Source of the DNA: Candidatus Magasanikiibacteriota bacterium | GTDB taxonomy: Bacteria > Patescibacteriota > Patescibacteriia > Magasanikbacterales > UBA922 | DNA length: 64,000 bases | Assembly (NCBI GenBank): GCA_016193335.1 | Contig: JACPSK010000001.1 | Span: 175,926-239,925, forward strand | Direction: 5' to 3' | Shown here: positions 30,240-40,499 of the stretch, one piece after another | Layout: each line of letters starts with the position of its first letter | Position numbering within the stretch: position 1 is the first letter of the stretch | Program-made: the position numbers and the translations under genes | Notes under the pieces: generated by a model | The model's database searches: none | What the model was told of the DNA's origin: nothing | Seen by the model: only the letters and a program-made list of their open reading frames with translations

Positions 30240-30815
30240 TTATTGAACAAGCAGAGAAAAATTACTGCCCTTTACTAAAAAAATACGGTCAGCTGCATCC
30301 ATAAGTGGACGATCTTCTTCTGAATCGGTAAAAACATCAAAATGTTCCAGATTCTCGGTTTTTAAACGATCAACTTTCGCCATATGCCAACAAGTAGAAA
30401 ATCTATTAAAATCAGGATCATACTCCGTACCATGAACAATCCAGCCTTTAATATTTTTGCGGGCTAAAATTGCTTCAACCAAATCTTTCCAGGCCGCGGT
30501 TGACACATACACACGGTTATATTGTTCGTTTATATACCGAACCAAATCTTCATTAACAAAGGGAAATAATTTTTCCGCATACTCATCGGTAACACGCGCC
30601 GCGCCGCGGCGGTAGACTTCCTTAAATAAAGCATGACGAAATTTTCTCCTAAAAAAAACTTGACGCTGATACGGCAAAATGAATCGCACGCCAAACAGGA
30701 CGATTCCCCACCATAAAATAATCGGGGAACTATAGGTATAGCCGTCACGAAGCATACGCATGGTGGAGTCAACCGTAAGCAAAGTTTTATCAAAATCAAC
30801 CACTGCCGTAGACAT
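30240..30815 (-). CDS. HAD-family phosphatase
   Basis: VDFDKTL motif I, STA motif II, K, FTDSEED motif IV. Confidence 0.82.
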   Translation of the reverse strand: MSTAVVDFDKTLLTVDSTMRMLRDGYTYSSPIILWWGIVLFGVRFILPYQRQVFFRRKFRHALFKEVYRRGAARVTDEYAEKLFPFVNEDLVRYINEQYNRVYVSTAAWKDLVEAILARKNIKGWIVHGTEYDPDFNRFSTCWHMAKVDRLKTENLEHFDVFTDSEEDRPLMDAADRIFLVKGSNFSLLVQ

Positions 30816-30824
30816 ACAAAAAAT

Positions 30825-31766
30825 TTATTGACGGATAGAGTATCCTATAAAATGATTTTCCAGAAAAAAATGCAATCTGGGAAAATCAACCCACAACAAT
30901 AAACTGACACTCATGGTTAATAATAAAATGTACAGCATAAACCACCTCTCTCGATAAAGTTTTTCCGGCCGCTGTGCTGGTGAATCAGAATTCATCCCCA
31001 AAGACAGATACCAACCGAATAAAATTGAAAATAAAGGCAAACTCAAAAGAAGTTCAATCCGGTGTTTAATTATAAATACACCAAAGAAAAAGGCAAAACT
31101 CATGGCGTAAAAAAGAATGGATACAAGCAAATTATTTTCCGTGTAAAAACGAAATGACCGACGATAGAGTACGGCCGTACTCCGATCGCCGATAAACCGC
31201 AATTCGGCATACCGCTTCACGGCCATAAGGAATGCCCCGCCCATCCAATATGCAACCAATAAACTCACAGGTGGTAAATAGGCGCTGGTCACAACAAACC
31301 ATCCTAAGGCAAAACGGATAGGATTATTAATTGATTCGGATAATACATCCATGTACATTTTGTCCTTGGTTCGAAACGGTTTTACATTATATAAAAAACC
31401 CATGACCAAAAGAAACAACGCAGCAGCCAAAAAATAATAAGAAATAAAATAGGCAATACTTAAACCTGTTACCGCCAATACTGCATATTCAACAAAAACC
31501 AACTTTGCCTTGATTCTACCTGTTACCGACGGACGATTTTTTTTAAGGGGGTGATATTTATCAAATTCAGCGTCCAGCCACTCATTTATGACATAGTTAG
31601 CGGAAGCAATGATACATACACTTATCAAAGCCAAAAGACCTACCGCAAGCAGACGGTAAGAGAACGTATCGGTCAGCCACATAGCCACGACTACACCGGG
31701 CAACATGAATATATTTTTAAACCAATGTGAGGGTCTGGCAATAGAGATATAATCTTTTAAACTCAT
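30825..31766 (-). CDS. UbiA-family prenyltransferase, polyprenyl-phosphate phosphoribosyltransferase-like
   Basis: ARPSHWFKN, YVINEWLDAEFDKYHPLKKNRP, KRYAE. Confidence 0.82.
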   Translation of the reverse strand: MSLKDYISIARPSHWFKNIFMLPGVVVAMWLTDTFSYRLLAVGLLALISVCIIASANYVINEWLDAEFDKYHPLKKNRPSVTGRIKAKLVFVEYAVLAVTGLSIAYFISYYFLAAALFLLVMGFLYNVKPFRTKDKMYMDVLSESINNPIRFALGWFVVTSAYLPPVSLLVAYWMGGAFLMAVKRYAELRFIGDRSTAVLYRRSFRFYTENNLLVSILFYAMSFAFFFGVFIIKHRIELLLSLPLFSILFGWYLSLGMNSDSPAQRPEKLYRERWFMLYILLLTMSVSLLLWVDFPRLHFFLENHFIGYSIRQ

Positions 31767-31859
31767 AAAATCAAGCTCTAAAAAGACCCTGAAACTACAA
31801 ACATAATAACATAAACCCATCTTTATGACAATGGCTGCGGAATCAAAAAACAGCGGCTT

Positions 31860-32618
31860 TCATCTTTCATATTCTCCCCTCCCGAGTCTGAGCCGAATAT
31901 GAATTATATCCCAGATCATCATCAAGGTGTCTGCGACAAGGCGCACACTGCTTTCTTTATGATGAATCAATTCCACCGGAAAATCTAAAAATAAAAGGCT
32001 GTTTTTCCGAGCGATAACAAACATTTCTATATCAAAAGCAAAACGGTCCACGCGTGAACATTCAAGAAGCAAAACAGCAAATTCTTTCCTCATCATTTTT
32101 ATGCCGCATTGAGTATCCGGAATTCCTGAAAGCAGGACGGATTGCACGACATATTTAAAAAATGTTCTGCCCGCGTTTCTGATAAATCCATACTTTTTTC
32201 GTGATTGCGAAGCCGGATGACTCCGAGACCCATAGAGCAAGGACAAATCCGTTTGCGCCCGCATCTGACCAAGCATATGGCCAAACATCGCTATGCCATA
32301 AGGCAGATCCGCGTCAGTAAAAACAAGAAAAGCCCCGCGCGCCTTCCGGAATCCTTCTTTGAGCGCCCCGCCTTTCCCCTTGTTTTCGGGGAGATGCAAA
32401 ATCGTATAATCTCTTATGGATCCGGCATACGATCGGGCGATCTCGAGAGTCCTGTCTGAGCTTCCGTCATCAACCACTATAATTTCCACACCATATCCGC
32501 AGGAGACCGCATAATCCCGAAGCGTGCGCAAAGAAGATTCCAAAAAGGCCTCCGCGTTCAAGACCGGAATAATAATCGACACATCAATAGTCCTATTTAT
32601 TATCTGGGGTTCTTTCAT
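31860..32618 (-). CDS. GT2, dolichyl-phosphate beta-glucosyltransferase-like
   Basis: IIPVLN, VDDGSSD, NKGKGGA, FTDADL, DTQCGIK, FAFDIE. Confidence 0.88.
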   Translation of the reverse strand: MKEPQIINRTIDVSIIIPVLNAEAFLESSLRTLRDYAVSCGYGVEIIVVDDGSSDRTLEIARSYAGSIRDYTILHLPENKGKGGALKEGFRKARGAFLVFTDADLPYGIAMFGHMLGQMRAQTDLSLLYGSRSHPASQSRKKYGFIRNAGRTFFKYVVQSVLLSGIPDTQCGIKMMRKEFAVLLLECSRVDRFAFDIEMFVIARKNSLLFLDFPVELIHHKESSVRLVADTLMMIWDIIHIRLRLGRGEYER

Positions 32619-34056
32619 ACAAAGTATAATGCCCTCGCTGAGCCGTGGGCCTATAGGATTCCAAAATAGTTGTTTCCAAGTTAGCCAATCTAAGTTCTGA
32701 AAGCGAAGCGCCGGAGACGATATAAGAAAATAAATTCCCGTTTTTATTTTCCAATCCGTCAACCCCGAAATGCAAAACCGGATTGATTTGGAGATATTGA
32801 TATATCTCGAACTCATCCGACAAAAAAGCAAGAGAGGGACTATTTATCATCAAAATATCAGAACCAAAATCCACATGATCTTTTACGGTCATCTCCATAT
32901 CTTGAACTTCTTGTGAAAAATATAAAGGTTCATCCACTTTTTTGATAAACAAAAAAGTTTGGAGCGAAACGAGACAAGCCAAGATAGCAAGTGCGTATGT
33001 TCTGCCGATGAGTTTAAAAAGCGCGAAAGGAAAAAACAAAAATAAAAGCAGGTGAGCAGGGAAAAAGTACCGGTACCATCCCGGCGTCTTCAGATACCAA
33101 AGAACATTCAATAGTATGAATACAAAAAGAATCAGCTCTGATCCCGAGAGAAAATCACCTTTCCGAAAACGCTTTATAAATGAAAGGCCGCTTATTAAAA
33201 ACAAAAACAGGAAATGAAGCGGCGTGCTTTCCCGCAAAAAACGAAGGGCATTCCCCGCGACAAGCCCCCCTATATTCGCTTCCGCGTAAGAATTGGCGTA
33301 AAAATCAAGCGTTTCCTTGAGTCCCGCCATACTGAATTCCGGCATGATAATGAAAAAATATATGAGAAGCGGGGGAAGCAATCCGGCGCCAAAAACCAAG
33401 GACTGCGCCAAAACTCCTTTTTTATGTTTCAAAAAACGATATGCCTCATATACGAATACGGCGGGAAGAATCAATACAAAAAAAGGCTTGGTGGCCACAC
33501 TCAAACCTATCAGTATGCCTGAAACAAAAAACCTTCGGAGACCCTGAGCGCCATAAAAAGCACAAACGCCTAAAAGCAAAAAACTTAAGCCCGGAACCTC
33601 GCCAAGCGCTGCTTTGCCGTTTCCATAAAAAGGAATAAAACTTATAATCAAAACAAGAGTCCATAAGGCGGCTTCTTTGTTATGGTAAACCATTCGAACA
33701 AAAAAATACGCGGTTCCGGAGAATAGCAACATATACAGGATCATGGGTATTCGAGCGGCCCCAATGCCCGAACCGAAAAATTTCAAAGACAGAGCCACCG
33801 GAATTATCAAAGGGTAATTGCTCGTTATCAAAAAAGACCGCTCTTCCACAAATTGTCCGGGGCCGATTTTTAAGCTAAATATCCAGTCTTCGGCCAGACT
33901 TTGGGCTATGCCCATGTTTATCCCTTCGTCAAACCAGGTGGCAGGCGAATACGAGATTCGCCAGAAGCCAAAAAATAGCAAGACAGCAAAAAGTAAACCC
34001 AGAAGTACCGTATGCCTGGGTACATAAGAAAAAACCTTTTGAAACAGAGTCTGCAT
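32593..34056 (-). CDS. ArnT/PMT-like GT-C glycosyltransferase
   Basis: WFDEG after TM1, ARIP, GE, TKP, RYFFP. Confidence 0.75.
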   Translation of the reverse strand: MQTLFQKVFSYVPRHTVLLGLLFAVLLFFGFWRISYSPATWFDEGINMGIAQSLAEDWIFSLKIGPGQFVEERSFLITSNYPLIIPVALSLKFFGSGIGAARIPMILYMLLFSGTAYFFVRMVYHNKEAALWTLVLIISFIPFYGNGKAALGEVPGLSFLLLGVCAFYGAQGLRRFFVSGILIGLSVATKPFFVLILPAVFVYEAYRFLKHKKGVLAQSLVFGAGLLPPLLIYFFIIMPEFSMAGLKETLDFYANSYAEANIGGLVAGNALRFLRESTPLHFLFLFLISGLSFIKRFRKGDFLSGSELILFVFILLNVLWYLKTPGWYRYFFPAHLLLFLFFPFALFKLIGRTYALAILACLVSLQTFLFIKKVDEPLYFSQEVQDMEMTVKDHVDFGSDILMINSPSLAFLSDEFEIYQYLQINPVLHFGVDGLENKNGNLFSYIVSGASLSELRLANLETTILESYRPTAQRGHYTLYERTPDNK

Positions 34057-34074
34057 ATTAGTGAATCTATCTTT

Positions 34075-35415
34075 TCAGCTGAATAACCGATACAGATGTT
34101 CGTGTACCGCGGGCCAGAAAAAAATAAAATCCAACACACTTATAATAAGCAGCAAAGAAAAAACTCTATACAAAGCCTTTAAAGCCTCTTTCTTTCTTTC
34201 ATAGAGCAGAACCAGAAAATAGGATCCAAAAAGCGCCAAGAAAGGATAAATTTGAAGACGATACCTGGATTCTACCACGCTTGGTAAAAGAAGGATCGGA
34301 GCGCTCAAACCGAGCGCGATACAATAATACAGTATGGTGCTTTTCTCTTTTTTAGAAAGCAACATTCCCGAAAAACCGCTCACAAACAAAATTCCTATGC
34401 CGATAAGCGAGCTCAAAACAAAGGCTATTTGCCCGATCCCGTTTTGATAAAACCAAAAACCCATCGGGCGTATTAAACTGAAATAACGGAGAAATCTGAG
34501 AAAAGACAGCTTGATAAAATGTGAGGGATCTTCTTTCAGAACCCGCAAAAATTCCTGGCGTGCTTTTTCTTTTAAATCAAAGGAACCTTCCTCGTTGAGA
34601 TATTCTGTCAAAGGATTGTACCCACCCGCGATCTGCCCGCCATTGGCGCTTTCAATATTACCGATCCACAAATTATATTCTCCGATTAGAGTGGTGGGAA
34701 TAAAATCCCCATAAATCGCATGATTTCGGAGAGCCCAGGGAATCAAAACGATAACAAAAAAACAAAAAAACAAAAACAACTGCGCATAATATTTACGTAT
34801 TGCATAAAAAAACAAAAAAACAGGCACAAAAAGCAATATGGGCGGCCGTGTGAGTATCGCGAGGCCTGTCAGGAATCCGAGTAAGGCCGCGGCGATTTTT
34901 CTCTCAGGTCGGCTAAAAATCTTCACAAAGACGTAGAGTGTCGCTATCGTAAAAAAAAGATACAAGGTCTCAGTCATAAGCATCGCGGATATTTCTATCA
35001 AATCAGGATGCAAACCAAAGAGACCCAAGGCCACAAAAGCGATGGCATTTTTGCTCGTTTGTTTCTCGAACACCATTCTCGCGATCAGAAAAATAAGGTA
35101 CGCGGAAACTGCGTGCAGGAAAGCTTGAATAAGCCATACGGCCTCGTAATAATGGCCGAATACAAAATATATCCCGGCGAGAAAAAATTCATAAGCAGGC
35201 CCTGCGCGAAGTATGGCGCCATCAAATTCATAGGATTTCGCCGCATCTTCCCTGAAACCCTGGCCATCAAGAATATTCAAAGCTATTCGATCGTATGCTT
35301 TCGCGTCGACCACGGGGTTTATCTTATAATAAAAAGAGTATCCTGCGGATAGCAAAAAAATGACAAGTAAAAACGCGGCGAGCCATTTACGCTCTTTGTT
35401 CCATTTCATAAGCAA
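34075..35415 (-). CDS. ArnT/PMT-like GT-C glycosyltransferase
   Basis: DAKAYD, P.Y..FLA, MTETL, LTRP, PWALRN, RYRL. Confidence 0.75.
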   Translation of the reverse strand: MLMKWNKERKWLAAFLLVIFLLSAGYSFYYKINPVVDAKAYDRIALNILDGQGFREDAAKSYEFDGAILRAGPAYEFFLAGIYFVFGHYYEAVWLIQAFLHAVSAYLIFLIARMVFEKQTSKNAIAFVALGLFGLHPDLIEISAMLMTETLYLFFTIATLYVFVKIFSRPERKIAAALLGFLTGLAILTRPPILLFVPVFLFFYAIRKYYAQLFLFFCFFVIVLIPWALRNHAIYGDFIPTTLIGEYNLWIGNIESANGGQIAGGYNPLTEYLNEEGSFDLKEKARQEFLRVLKEDPSHFIKLSFLRFLRYFSLIRPMGFWFYQNGIGQIAFVLSSLIGIGILFVSGFSGMLLSKKEKSTILYYCIALGLSAPILLLPSVVESRYRLQIYPFLALFGSYFLVLLYERKKEALKALYRVFSLLLIISVLDFIFFWPAVHEHLYRLFS

Positions 35416-36367
35416 TCATCCGTTCTATCAAGGACAAAAACGAATACTCAGGTTTCCAGCCAAGAGAGACAGCTATGCGCTCATTGGACGCGCCGAGTTC
35501 ACTCGTGTCTCGCTTGCGTATAAAATCAGAATTGACCCGAACATAAGCCTCCCAATCCTTAATCCCCAGTGCTTCAAAAGCCACCTTAAGAAGTTCTCTC
35601 AGAGTATGCTGTTCTCCGCTTGAAATAATAAAATCTTCAGGCTTCTTTGCTTGGAGCATCATCCACATGGCCCGCACGTAATCACCCGCGAATCCCCAGT
35701 CTCTGCTCACATTGAGGTTCCCCAGCTCCAGATATTTTTTATTTCCTTTCTTAAGATCAGCCACTCCTTTGATAATTTTTTTAAACACAAAGGTATCCGG
35801 CCGAAGCGGAGATTCGTGTTGAAACAAAATGCCGTTTACCGCGAATAGCCCATATTGTTCACGAAAATTGATTACGGAAAAATGCGCGGCAAGTTTTGTG
35901 ACGCTGTATAAATCGATAGGTTTAAACTCAGATTGGTCTTCGGTGACTCTCAGAGTTTCGAGTTTTTCTTGTTCATAGATTTTACCGCTTGAAGCCTGAA
36001 ATATCCGTGTCTCTCCGCTGTAACGCCGCGCTGATTCAAGCATATTCACCACTGCATCACAGTTTGTCTGAAAAGCTTCGAGCGGCCGCTCCCAGACTCC
36101 CGTCACGCTACTTAAAGCGGCGAGATTGTAGTATTCATGGGGCTGCGTTTTTTTGAGTATATCTTCTACGCGAGGATAATCCCTCACATCGCATTCCAAA
36201 ATTTCCACCTGATTTTGGATACCAAAATGATCCAAACGCCACAAAGCCTCCCGAGTGGCACGGCGGCACAGACCAATCACCCGGTAGTTTTTTCGCAACA
36301 AAAAGTCCGCTAAATAAGCGCCATCTTGGCCTGCGATTCCGCTAATCAGAGCTATTTTGTCCGCCAT
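35387..36367 (-). CDS. gmd: GDP-mannose 4,6-dehydratase
   Basis: GIAGQDGAYLA, YNLAA, FQASS, YSVTK, NGILFQHESPLR, LGNL..RDWGFAGDYV. Confidence 0.88.
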   Translation of the reverse strand: MADKIALISGIAGQDGAYLADFLLRKNYRVIGLCRRATREALWRLDHFGIQNQVEILECDVRDYPRVEDILKKTQPHEYYNLAALSSVTGVWERPLEAFQTNCDAVVNMLESARRYSGETRIFQASSGKIYEQEKLETLRVTEDQSEFKPIDLYSVTKLAAHFSVINFREQYGLFAVNGILFQHESPLRPDTFVFKKIIKGVADLKKGNKKYLELGNLNVSRDWGFAGDYVRAMWMMLQAKKPEDFIISSGEQHTLRELLKVAFEALGIKDWEAYVRVNSDFIRKRDTSELGASNERIAVSLGWKPEYSFLSLIERMIAYEMEQRA

Positions 36368-36370
36368 ATT

Positions 36371-37597
36371 TCAAGTGCTAGGGAAGAGACTCTCAAGAGA
36401 ATTTTTAATAATTCCCGTCAAACGCTCAGAAGAAAACAAAGCCGAAGCCTGGTCTTTGGCTTTAATTGAGAGTCTCTGCCTCAAATCCAGGTCTCTCAAT
36501 ACGCCAAGAGCTTCTGCAAATTCCCGGGGAGAATCCGCAGTAAGCAGATGTTCTCCATTGTAAAATGGATAGCCCGCTATACCGCGAGACGAAACAAGAG
36601 CGGGGAATCCCCTGGCCAACGGCTCGAATATTTTCTGTTGCATTCCCGCTCCGTACAAAGAAGGAATAAGCGCTATATCCATTCCTTCGAATACCTTATT
36701 CAATTCTCCAAGTGGTACATAGCCATGTTGCGTCACGCCATTCACGCAGAGAGTTTCCAAATGAGAGGGCAATTTTGCCCCGAAAATATGGAATTCAAAT
36801 TCGCCGGGGAACATATGTTGAACCAAAGGGACAATCCGAGAAAGAAGCATTTCCGCGGCCGCCCGATTATGCGCCACATTGTATGTGGATCCGAAAAAGA
36901 ATACTTGAAGAGGGCTGGAATCTTTTATATTCGCCTTATAAGAAAGATAAGAAGAAATCCCCCGAAGCGGAAGCACTATCACATTTTTAGATCCTATCTT
37001 TTTATACCATTTCTCTTCGTCCGGCGTGATCGCGAAAAGGACATCGCTTAATTTTCCCGTAATGTATTCACTCAAAAATTTCGGCAAAAATTTTAGATAG
37101 TTCCAAGCGCTGCGGCCGTCCTCTTCCAAAAAATGCAAGGCCTCAAAATTGATAGAACGGCTGACAATGGGTATTTTCCTTTTTTTCACAAAACGGAAAA
37201 GCGGCCATAGATAGGTATAATCAAACCAGACCAGATCGGGCTGAAATTCGTCCAAGATACGCAAAAGTTCCTTTTGTATTTCTGGATCCCTGTATTCGTA
37301 GGCGGCTCCGTCCAAGTACCAAGGTCTCGCGAGACGTCCACAGATATTTTTTATCTTCTGAATCTTGGACATGTTTGCTCGAAGATTTTTGTATGGAACC
37401 GCGGATATGGGAATCTCAAGAGCCTCGCTCATTGTTTCCGCTTCTTTTCTGTATTTCTCTGAAGAAACCTTGGTAAGTACAGATACTTCATAACCCCAGC
37501 TTATAAATTGCTCTATTCCGGTCGCCCTATCTTGTTCGCAAGCCCCGTAAGCCGGAAACGGAAATTTCGGAGTTATGATCAAAATTTTCCTCTTCAT
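36371..37597 (-). CDS. GT4 glycosyltransferase
   Basis: [17 protein letters not shown]. Confidence 0.82.
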   Translation of the reverse strand: MKRKILIITPKFPFPAYGACEQDRATGIEQFISWGYEVSVLTKVSSEKYRKEAETMSEALEIPISAVPYKNLRANMSKIQKIKNICGRLARPWYLDGAAYEYRDPEIQKELLRILDEFQPDLVWFDYTYLWPLFRFVKKRKIPIVSRSINFEALHFLEEDGRSAWNYLKFLPKFLSEYITGKLSDVLFAITPDEEKWYKKIGSKNVIVLPLRGISSYLSYKANIKDSSPLQVFFFGSTYNVAHNRAAAEMLLSRIVPLVQHMFPGEFEFHIFGAKLPSHLETLCVNGVTQHGYVPLGELNKVFEGMDIALIPSLYGAGMQQKIFEPLARGFPALVSSRGIAGYPFYNGEHLLTADSPREFAEALGVLRDLDLRQRLSIKAKDQASALFSSERLTGIIKNSLESLFPST

Positions 37598-38301
37598 GAA
37601 AATAGATTAAATTTAATTATGGCCCACAAAGCGCTGAAACCATCTTTCCAACCTATTTTTTTGCCCTCGGCATAGGTACGGCCGCTGTATGAAATCCCCA
37701 CTTCATAAATTCTCAAACGCTCCCGCGCCACTCTGGCTGTTATCTCGGGTTCAATGGTAAAGCGATCTGAGCTCAGCTTAGGAAGAATTCTTTTCAAGGC
37801 TTCTCCGGTAAAAGCCTTGTAGCAGGTCTCCATGTCCGTAAGATTGATATTGGTAAACATGTTGGAAAGAAGGGTCAAAAACCGGTTTCCCACATAATGC
37901 CAGAAAAAAAGAACCCGGTGAGGCCTATTGCCCAAAAAACGAGAACCATAAACTACATCAGCGCGGCCATCAAGTAAAGGCTCAAGGAGAACCGGGTATT
38001 CTTCTGGATTATATTCCAAATCAGCATCTTGGATAATAACAAAGTCCCCTTTGGCCGCGGCAAAACCGCTCCGGAGGGCCGCTCCCTTACCTTTGTTTTC
38101 AGGATGAAACAGTACGCGCAAAGAGTCTTGATTTTTATCAAGACCTTGCAACAATTCCCTCGTACCGTCAGTGGAAAAATCATCAACCAAAATAATTTCC
38201 TTCTCCATGCCTTCGAGAGCAACCTTTTTCACGGCGTCAATGAGGCCGAGTATTGTATGTTTTTCATTATATACCGGTATGACTACTGACAATATCTTCA
38301 T
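37594..38301 (-). CDS. GT2, polyprenyl-phosphate glycosyltransferase (DPM1-like)
   Basis: [41 protein letters not shown]. Confidence 0.92.
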   Translation of the reverse strand: MKILSVVIPVYNEKHTILGLIDAVKKVALEGMEKEIILVDDFSTDGTRELLQGLDKNQDSLRVLFHPENKGKGAALRSGFAAAKGDFVIIQDADLEYNPEEYPVLLEPLLDGRADVVYGSRFLGNRPHRVLFFWHYVGNRFLTLLSNMFTNINLTDMETCYKAFTGEALKRILPKLSSDRFTIEPEITARVARERLRIYEVGISYSGRTYAEGKKIGWKDGFSALWAIIKFNLFS

Positions 38302-38442
38302 ACATCAAATATCTATGGGCTTATTCATGAGAATATGAATATAAGATCTTAATTACAAACCGTGGAAAAAATAAATCTCCGCGACATTTCCGTGGCAGAC
38401 TCAGGGAAAAATACATTCCCAGGCCTGCTTGTCTTGATTTTA

Positions 38443-39483
38443 TCAAGAGTCAAAATAAGCAACAATCCGGGTAAGAACCCGATCCAAAGAAAAATGACTC
38501 TCTATGAATTCAACGGCTTTTTGATTCCGTGTTAGTATATCAGCTGAGAGCATTTTTTCAAGCGTAATGAAGAGCGCGCCGGAATTATTGGCTGGAAATC
38601 TCTCCAACAGACCGTCAAAGCCCTCATACGCCTCGCTCGAGCTAATGACTCGAAGGCCTGAGGCAAGAGCTTCGAGAACCACCTTGTCCATGCTTCCGGT
38701 TTTACTCGTATGAACCAATATATCGCTTGCCGCGTATTCCTTGGCCATCTCATGGTATTTTTTCCCCCCGATAAAGCGCAGCTTGTCGGAGAGATTGAGT
38801 CTTTGTATAAGTTCTTCCAAAACTTTTTTATACTCTTGGTCTGCCACCGTGATAGGTTCGCCGATAATATCCAATACGAGAGCTCGTTCAGGATGTTTTT
38901 CTACTACTTTATGAAAGCCTAAAATCACCGTTTCCAAATCTTTTACCAGGCTGATTCGTCCGACGCACATCAAACGAACACTGTTGTTTTTTCGCGTATC
39001 CGAGATATTTGAAAAGAGATCAACATCAATACCGTGTCCCAGAACCTCCACTTTTTTGCTCGGGAGGCGGAAACTCTCTTTGGAAGCCGTAAAAATCTTT
39101 GTGGCAATTTTTTCCGCGAGACGCAATTTGAAATTCACGGCTTTGTGCGTGTACCAGAGCAAAACTTTTTTCCGGCTCAAACGCCAAAAAAAACCACCAA
39201 GAATCAAGTACTCAGGATTCATGTGCACGAATACGTGATCATAATGTTTGCGTTCAGAAAAAATATAACGATAAAAACGAAACAGATAAACAAAACGCGA
39301 AGTTCCCTCTTCTTTGCCCAAAGACAAAACATTCACGTTCAGAGGAAAATCGTAGTCCCCCTTTTTCAGACAAATCACGGTCAGTGTATCCACCTGGCCG
39401 GCAATCTTTTTTATCCAGGTATGAAAAAAACCAAGATCAGTATCGTCCCGGTCAACCGTCTGAGTAATTAATAAAAGTTTCAT
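38443..39483 (-). CDS. GT4 glycosyltransferase
   Basis: GHGID, VGRIS.VK, MDKVVLEALASG. Confidence 0.88.
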   Translation of the reverse strand: MKLLLITQTVDRDDTDLGFFHTWIKKIAGQVDTLTVICLKKGDYDFPLNVNVLSLGKEEGTSRFVYLFRFYRYIFSERKHYDHVFVHMNPEYLILGGFFWRLSRKKVLLWYTHKAVNFKLRLAEKIATKIFTASKESFRLPSKKVEVLGHGIDVDLFSNISDTRKNNSVRLMCVGRISLVKDLETVILGFHKVVEKHPERALVLDIIGEPITVADQEYKKVLEELIQRLNLSDKLRFIGGKKYHEMAKEYAASDILVHTSKTGSMDKVVLEALASGLRVISSSEAYEGFDGLLERFPANNSGALFITLEKMLSADILTRNQKAVEFIESHFSLDRVLTRIVAYFDS

Positions 39484-40499
39484 AGAGACAGTATGGCTTT
39501 AATGAAGGCATTCTTATCGTTCACCGGTACAATGCGAACTGTTTCGCTTGGTTTAAGTTCATAATGAGCGACACCCACATCGCTCATAATCACCGGCGTC
39601 CCGAGCGCGTGAGCTTCCATGGGCACCAGTCCATAACCTTCCGCGAGACTGGGAAAAAGCACCGCGTCAGCATTACGCAGATACACGGCCGGTGAATACT
39701 GCCAGCCCAAAAATCTTACATGCCGCTTGAGATCAAGAGCCTCAACGCGATTCTCCAAAGCCTGCTTTTGGCTCCCCTTCCCTACGAGGAACAGGCCATA
39801 CTTGGGGTTATGTTTTACGATTTCAAAAAATACATCAAGCAAAAAGAACAAATTTTTGATTGGCTCCATTCTGCCGGCCCACACAAAAATTTTTTCATAA
39901 TCTCCGAATGTTTTCTTTAAATCAGAATCTTCCGCCGCCCTCCCGTATATCTTTGCCAAATTTACGGTCTGCTCTATCGGCCTGATCTTCACCTTGTTCT
40001 CGTCCAAACCCAATTTGCTTAAGCTTTGTTTTATTCGTTCACCCACAACTCTAAGCCTATCCGCTCTCTTCACGATAAAGCGAGCCAGGATATAGCGCAA
40101 AAAATAATTTTTTTTATAATAATCAGAGTCAAAAAAATCTCCGTGAAGTTGTACTTCAAGTGGAACAGCATATTTCTTTTTGAGCAGATAACCCGCCAGC
40201 CCGGTAAAAAAAGGATCCTGAGCGCTCAGTTCTTTGATCTTATTTTTCCTCATAAGTTCAGCGCCGATCCGAAGGAGGCTAAAAAATTGCAGGGCCTTTC
40301 CCCCGCCGGTCGATTGAACATGGACCCTACCACTCAAATCAAACGCTGTTTTTTTTCTGTCAGGAATGAGAATGAATAATTCCTCCGCATTTCCATAAGA
40401 CATCATCCTATTTGCCACGGATGATTGCGGATCCAATATTTCTTTATCCAGACTGATCATTAAAATAGACATAGTGTTATTCATCCCGCCCTTTTCCAA
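39480..40499 (-). CDS. GT4 glycosyltransferase
   Basis: QDPF, AGRMEPIKN, EGYGLVPMEA. Confidence 0.88.
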   Translation of the reverse strand: MEKGGMNNTMSILMISLDKEILDPQSSVANRMMSYGNAEELFILIPDRKKTAFDLSGRVHVQSTGGGKALQFFSLLRIGAELMRKNKIKELSAQDPFFTGLAGYLLKKKYAVPLEVQLHGDFFDSDYYKKNYFLRYILARFIVKRADRLRVVGERIKQSLSKLGLDENKVKIRPIEQTVNLAKIYGRAAEDSDLKKTFGDYEKIFVWAGRMEPIKNLFFLLDVFFEIVKHNPKYGLFLVGKGSQKQALENRVEALDLKRHVRFLGWQYSPAVYLRNADAVLFPSLAEGYGLVPMEAHALGTPVIMSDVGVAHYELKPSETVRIVPVNDKNAFIKAILSL

